Translations under genes and position numbers: made by a program | Shown: piece after piece, positions 60,978-64,000 of the stretch | How positions within the stretch are numbered: the stretch's first letter is position 1 | How the letters are laid out: every line of letters starts with the position of its first letter | Notes under the pieces: model-generated | Told to the model about the DNA's origin: nothing | What the model saw: only the letters and a program-made list of their open reading frames with translations | Databases searched by the model: none | Assembly (NCBI GenBank): GCA_013239625.1 | Contig: MU054001.1 | Coordinates: forward strand, 4,752,167 to 4,816,166 | DNA from: Lama guanicoe | Taxonomy: Eukaryota | Reading direction: 5' to 3' | DNA length: 64,000 nt

Positions 60978-63900
60978 TTTGCATGTGTGCCTATACATGT
61001 CTTTGCTTTAAGGGAAAAAAAGAGACGTAGATCATATCCATCCGTTTGGACCCGAGAATCATCTGTGTGTTTTTTCCCACCTGTCAGCCTCCTTTGGTGA
61101 ACTTTCACGTATAGTTTATGCGATTAAAGAGCAGACCTCCTCCCCTGGAAACATGGTGACTTTATTTTCATTAGGTTCCAAAAGCAAAAGGAGAAAAAGA
61201 CAGAAGGGAAAGGAGAGGTGGAGGGGGCGGAATCTGGGCTTGGCCTCCCCTTGCATCAGCAACACCGCTTGTCTTCCGCGCGCTCGGTGGACTTTGCCTG
61301 GTTTTTATCCAGCCATTGTTCTTTTTTACACTGCGTTTGCACACTGTGGCGCGTCTGGGGAATTTCATTAGTTGGAATATACGTGAAAAGAGTTCCGCTC
61401 CACTTTCATAAGGTCCCTGGACAGCTTGGATGAGGCCTCCAGGCCCCATGGTGGAGCTGGCCCTGCATTCATATTCCTCCCCATCACCACACGCATGATA
61501 GCGCGGAGCCCAGACCAATCGAAAACTTGACAGTAAGCCTTTTGATTTTGCGGGGAAACCTTCATCACGCTGCGAGAGGGAAGGGAATATAGCCCAAACT
61601 GGACTTCATACTGTGGCAAGCTTGAAATCCCAGCCCCACCGCAGAGCCGGCTGATTGGAATAGTTGGAAACGGTATCCAGGAATTCGGCTGCAAGAACTT
61701 GGCTCACAGCAACTTCTGCCTTTTTGAAAGAAAAATTGTCAACTGGGAGAGCCACTTGGGGCCTGGGTTTAATCTGTCCAGGCAGTAAAGATTCACGGAA
61801 ATGACTGGCCAAGTTGCCCTAAAATGTTTAGAGCTCCTGCCTATGTGGGGACTCCAGTGGGGGCAGAAGCAGGCTTGACGGCTCCAGGTGACGGCTGTCA
61901 TCACCGTCACGACCATGTCAGTTGTCACTGGCTTCGACACTATTGCTATTTTGCTAATTGCCAACCTGCTGCTTGTGAGATAACAGAGTCGAAGGTGCGG
62001 ACAGAGCCGCCCAGAGCGCATGTTCTGCTTGGTACCTCCATCCCAGGCTGCTGTGATGGGGTGGGGTTGTTTCTGGGCACACCTTTCACCCATGCAGCAT
62101 CGCCATGACATTGAGGGGGCCAAGGGTCAGAGAGAGGCTGGCATTGAAATCGTGATCATTCACTTGGTAAACCCACGATCAGGGACATTGTCTCCTGGGG
62201 GAAGGTCCACAGGTTTACTTAACTGGCATGGTGCCTTGGTTTCACTCATCTTTGAAGATGTTTGTGAATGAGGGGCCCTACTGTGAAATACTCAAGAAGC
62301 CCACAGGTCTTCAGTGTCATTGCCCAGGGACGTCCTGCTGGTCCTGGTGCCAGGAGCCCTTGGTTTACAGACAGGCACAAAGGATGGGGCTTGGTTAGCA
62401 GAGCCGGGAGTAGGTTGTGCCATCCACAGGAAAATGGCTCATTGCCAACCTCTTTTTTCCTCAGTAAGGATGTGAAGTCCTAGTCTCTTAAGTAGGGGGA
62501 GTTGGGGAAGCTCTTGGTAGAGAGGTAAGTCGGTGATGGTGGGATGTGATCGGGTTGGAGTAATTTCTACAGGCAGAGCCTGATGAGGAAGTTGACTGGG
62601 TCTGCCCAGTAAGAATGGGGGGAGTCTCTAGCCATCTCACCCTGCTCCCCTTGCCCCATCACCAAGGAAGTCTTTCTTTTCTTTTTCTTTCCGATGCTCC
62701 CATTCCCTGATCCCTCAACTCAGAGGCCCCCTGCCTGTCTCACCTAGGTTTTTCAGGTTACCAGACAGAGCGTGGCCACAAGTGCTAAGCTGGGAAGCAA
62801 GGTCAAAGGTCAGGTCATAGACCTCTCTGGGCCTCAGTTTCCTTTTCTGTGAGTCGGAAAGCACCCTAACCCCAGACACACACCTGCCTCTCAGAGTGGC
62901 CCTGAGGAGCCGAGGGGCACAAGGCATGATGGAAAGTGTAACAGGCACTTCGAACTCCAGAATTATCCATCCTGGGGGCAGCCTGGGCCAGGAGTGGGTT
63001 CCCAAGGCTCCTGAGGGTCTCAGGACATGGCCCCACCTTGAAGAGTCCCCCCTCCGAGACTCTCTTTCCAAGTGGTCATGACAGCCATCTCCAGGCCTCA
63101 CCAAGTGGGTCCCCCGTCCCTACTCCTGGATGCACCTTGGTGCTCAGATGCCAAGACGATTCAGGGATGGGCAGGAACCTAGTAATTTCTCAGCTGGAGA
63201 GTGTTGTAAAAATAAATGTCTTCTGGAGGTTGAAAGGTTGTCAAATACACACTGAGCCTAATTGGGTCCTCAAAATGCGCAATTCCTGCTGATTTTCATG
63301 AATGTGGATGTGGGATGTGTGAGCACACACACACGTGTGTGTGTGTGTGTGTATGACTCCATGGGGAAAATCGGGCCCATGGTCACTTTTGGGATGTGTA
63401 CATGTGCTTAGTTCTGATAGGTCCCACTGTTGAGCGAAGGAATGGTGTCCCCTCCACGTTGGGGAGGGTCCCCTGGGCCACATCTGGGCCTGCTCTCATC
63501 CTGGACCACCCAACTGGGAAGGGACTCAGAGCCTTTGTTCGGCCAGCCAGCCCGGAGCAATGACCATGCACCTGTATTGGTGCCATGGGACTTTCTACCC
63601 CTGCAGAGTCAACATCACAGCACTAGTTAATGCTTCTTGTGTGCCCACGTGCCCAGCACAGTTTAAATGCTGTACGTATATCAACTCATTTAAGTTGCCC
63701 CAAGCACTGCACAGAGGTTGTGAGGGTCGAATACAGTGCAGCTGTGGGCTTTGTCCCTGTGAGGTCCGTCCATGAGTCCAAGTTCTGAGCACCTGCCCTG
63801 GAGAGTTGACCGCGGGGCTTGGAATTGATTTCAAGAACAGTCCTTGCTTCCATCTTACTGAAGGCAAACTGACTTCAGAGACCCTCGCACTGCAAAGTGA

Positions 63901-64000
63901 CACTGTGTGACTTTGGTCCATTCCCTTTCTCTGTGATCAGATACATATCCCATCCCCTCTCTGGGCTGTCTCCCTATTTGAGGATTGGCCCCTCTACTGC

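Larger units (their letters stand above)
3162..64000 (+). other. ZNF423: Long ZNF423 intron downstream of the 85-nt exon; it continues beyond the window
   Basis: GT donor at 3162. The expected next exon (…EEGINHECKLCNQMF…) is not seen in the ORF track or sequence. Content is repeats and non-coding DNA. Confidence 0.85.

Noticed and set aside
1..64000. A novel multi-gene system or horizontally acquired insert
   Set aside because: No gene-dense, foreign-composition or intact long-ORF segment was seen; everything fits a ZNF423 intron with ordinary mammalian repeats.

Overview
This is mammalian genomic DNA, most likely camelid: it carries a tRNA-Ala-derived Vic-1-type SINE with a target-site duplication, and I saw no Alu, B1, Bov-tA, PRE-1 or SINEC. 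The window lies inside ZNF423 on the + strand. The only protein-coding exon I can support is an 85-nt internal exon (3077-3161) encoding [28 protein letters not shown], one C2H2 finger near the C-terminus. The remaining ~61 kb is the following long intron. It holds ancient L1, L2, MIR, MLT1 and MER relics, microsatellites, CpG-rich patches and many AT-rich, repeat-free blocks that look like conserved enhancers. The rest of the ORF track is spurious apart from two L1 ORF2 remnants. I found no evidence of a new protein-coding system. The most unusual structures are local copy events: an old diverged ~0.5 kb duplication that keeps a PBX-HOX site and a 3' splice-site-like motif, a segment copied into a MIR, a 35-bp L1 snippet abutting a hairpin, and a 270-bp near-perfect tandem duplicate. 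A recursive-splice-like site and an intronic promoter-like motif cluster are also noted. Repeat family names and boundaries were recognised by eye and are approximate.
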